This document shows, in pieces, positions 63,579-64,000 of a stretch of 64,000 nucleotides of DNA (position 1 is its first letter; each line of letters begins with the position of its first letter). The notes beneath the pieces are model-generated. The model was not told the origin of the DNA and did no database searches. It saw only the letters and a program-made list of their open reading frames with translations. The stretch is from the human T2T-CHM13v2.0 reference genome, Homo sapiens. A program made the position numbers and the translations under genes. Location of the stretch: assembly GCF_009914755.1 (NCBI RefSeq), contig NC_060929.1. One strand, 5' to 3'.

Positions 63579-63867
63579 GGCCGAGTGTGGTGGTTCACCG
63601 GGGAGGCCAGGGCAGGCAGATCACGAGGTCAGGAGATCGAGACCGTCCTGGCTAACACAGTGAAACCCTGTCTCTACTAAAAATGCAGAAAATTAGCCTG
63701 GCGTGGTGGCACGCGCCTGTAGTCCCAGCTACTCAGTAGGCTGAGGCAGGAGAATCGCTTGAACCAGGGAGTCAGAGGTTGCAGTGAGCTGAGATCGCAT
63801 CACTGCACTCCAGCCTGGGTTGCAGAGCGAAACTCTGTCTCATTAAAAAAAAAAAAAAAAAAAAAAA
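63579..63867 (+). mobile_element. Alu (Sc-like) with ~20-bp left-arm deletion
   Basis: tggttcacc|ggggaggcc lacks the tgtaatcccagcacttt segment; A tail present. Confidence 0.93.
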
Positions 63868-64000
63868 GTAGAACTCAGTAATGAGAATATCTGTAAAACA
63901 GGAGCCATCTGTTAGTCCTCAAATTTACCCAGGTTGCTGTCTTCTCACTCTATTTGCTTAAAAGACTGGCTTTGATTTTACAGGAGTCGAATCTTCGTTT

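Overview
AT-rich human genomic DNA (intronic or intergenic, roughly half interspersed repeats). Human origin is indicated by an AluYa5 carrying all five diagnostic bases. I found no confidently recognisable intact protein-coding gene, and no rRNA, tRNA or CRISPR array; most ORF-track entries are Alu, L1 or microsatellite read-throughs. The best-supported non-TE feature is a processed pseudogene of CISD1 (mitoNEET) on the minus strand (33534-34278), with 5'UTR, disabled CDS, 3'UTR, ATTAAA signal, poly(A) and target-site duplication (TSD). About 20 Alus, several L1, L2, MIR, LTR and DNA-transposon fragments are present, including a ~20 kb L1-dominated block (37.7-57.3 kb). That block holds a perfect 30-bp x 11.3 tandem array whose unit contains two overlapping palindromes. 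A TE-poor block (20-35 kb) contains candidate exons on both strands, including a possible two-exon 98-aa minus-strand ORF whose intron hosts the CISD1 retrocopy. Exon calls rest on splice motifs only, and TE subfamilies and boundaries were judged by eye. I see no clear evidence of a wholly new biological system; the findings are testable hypotheses.
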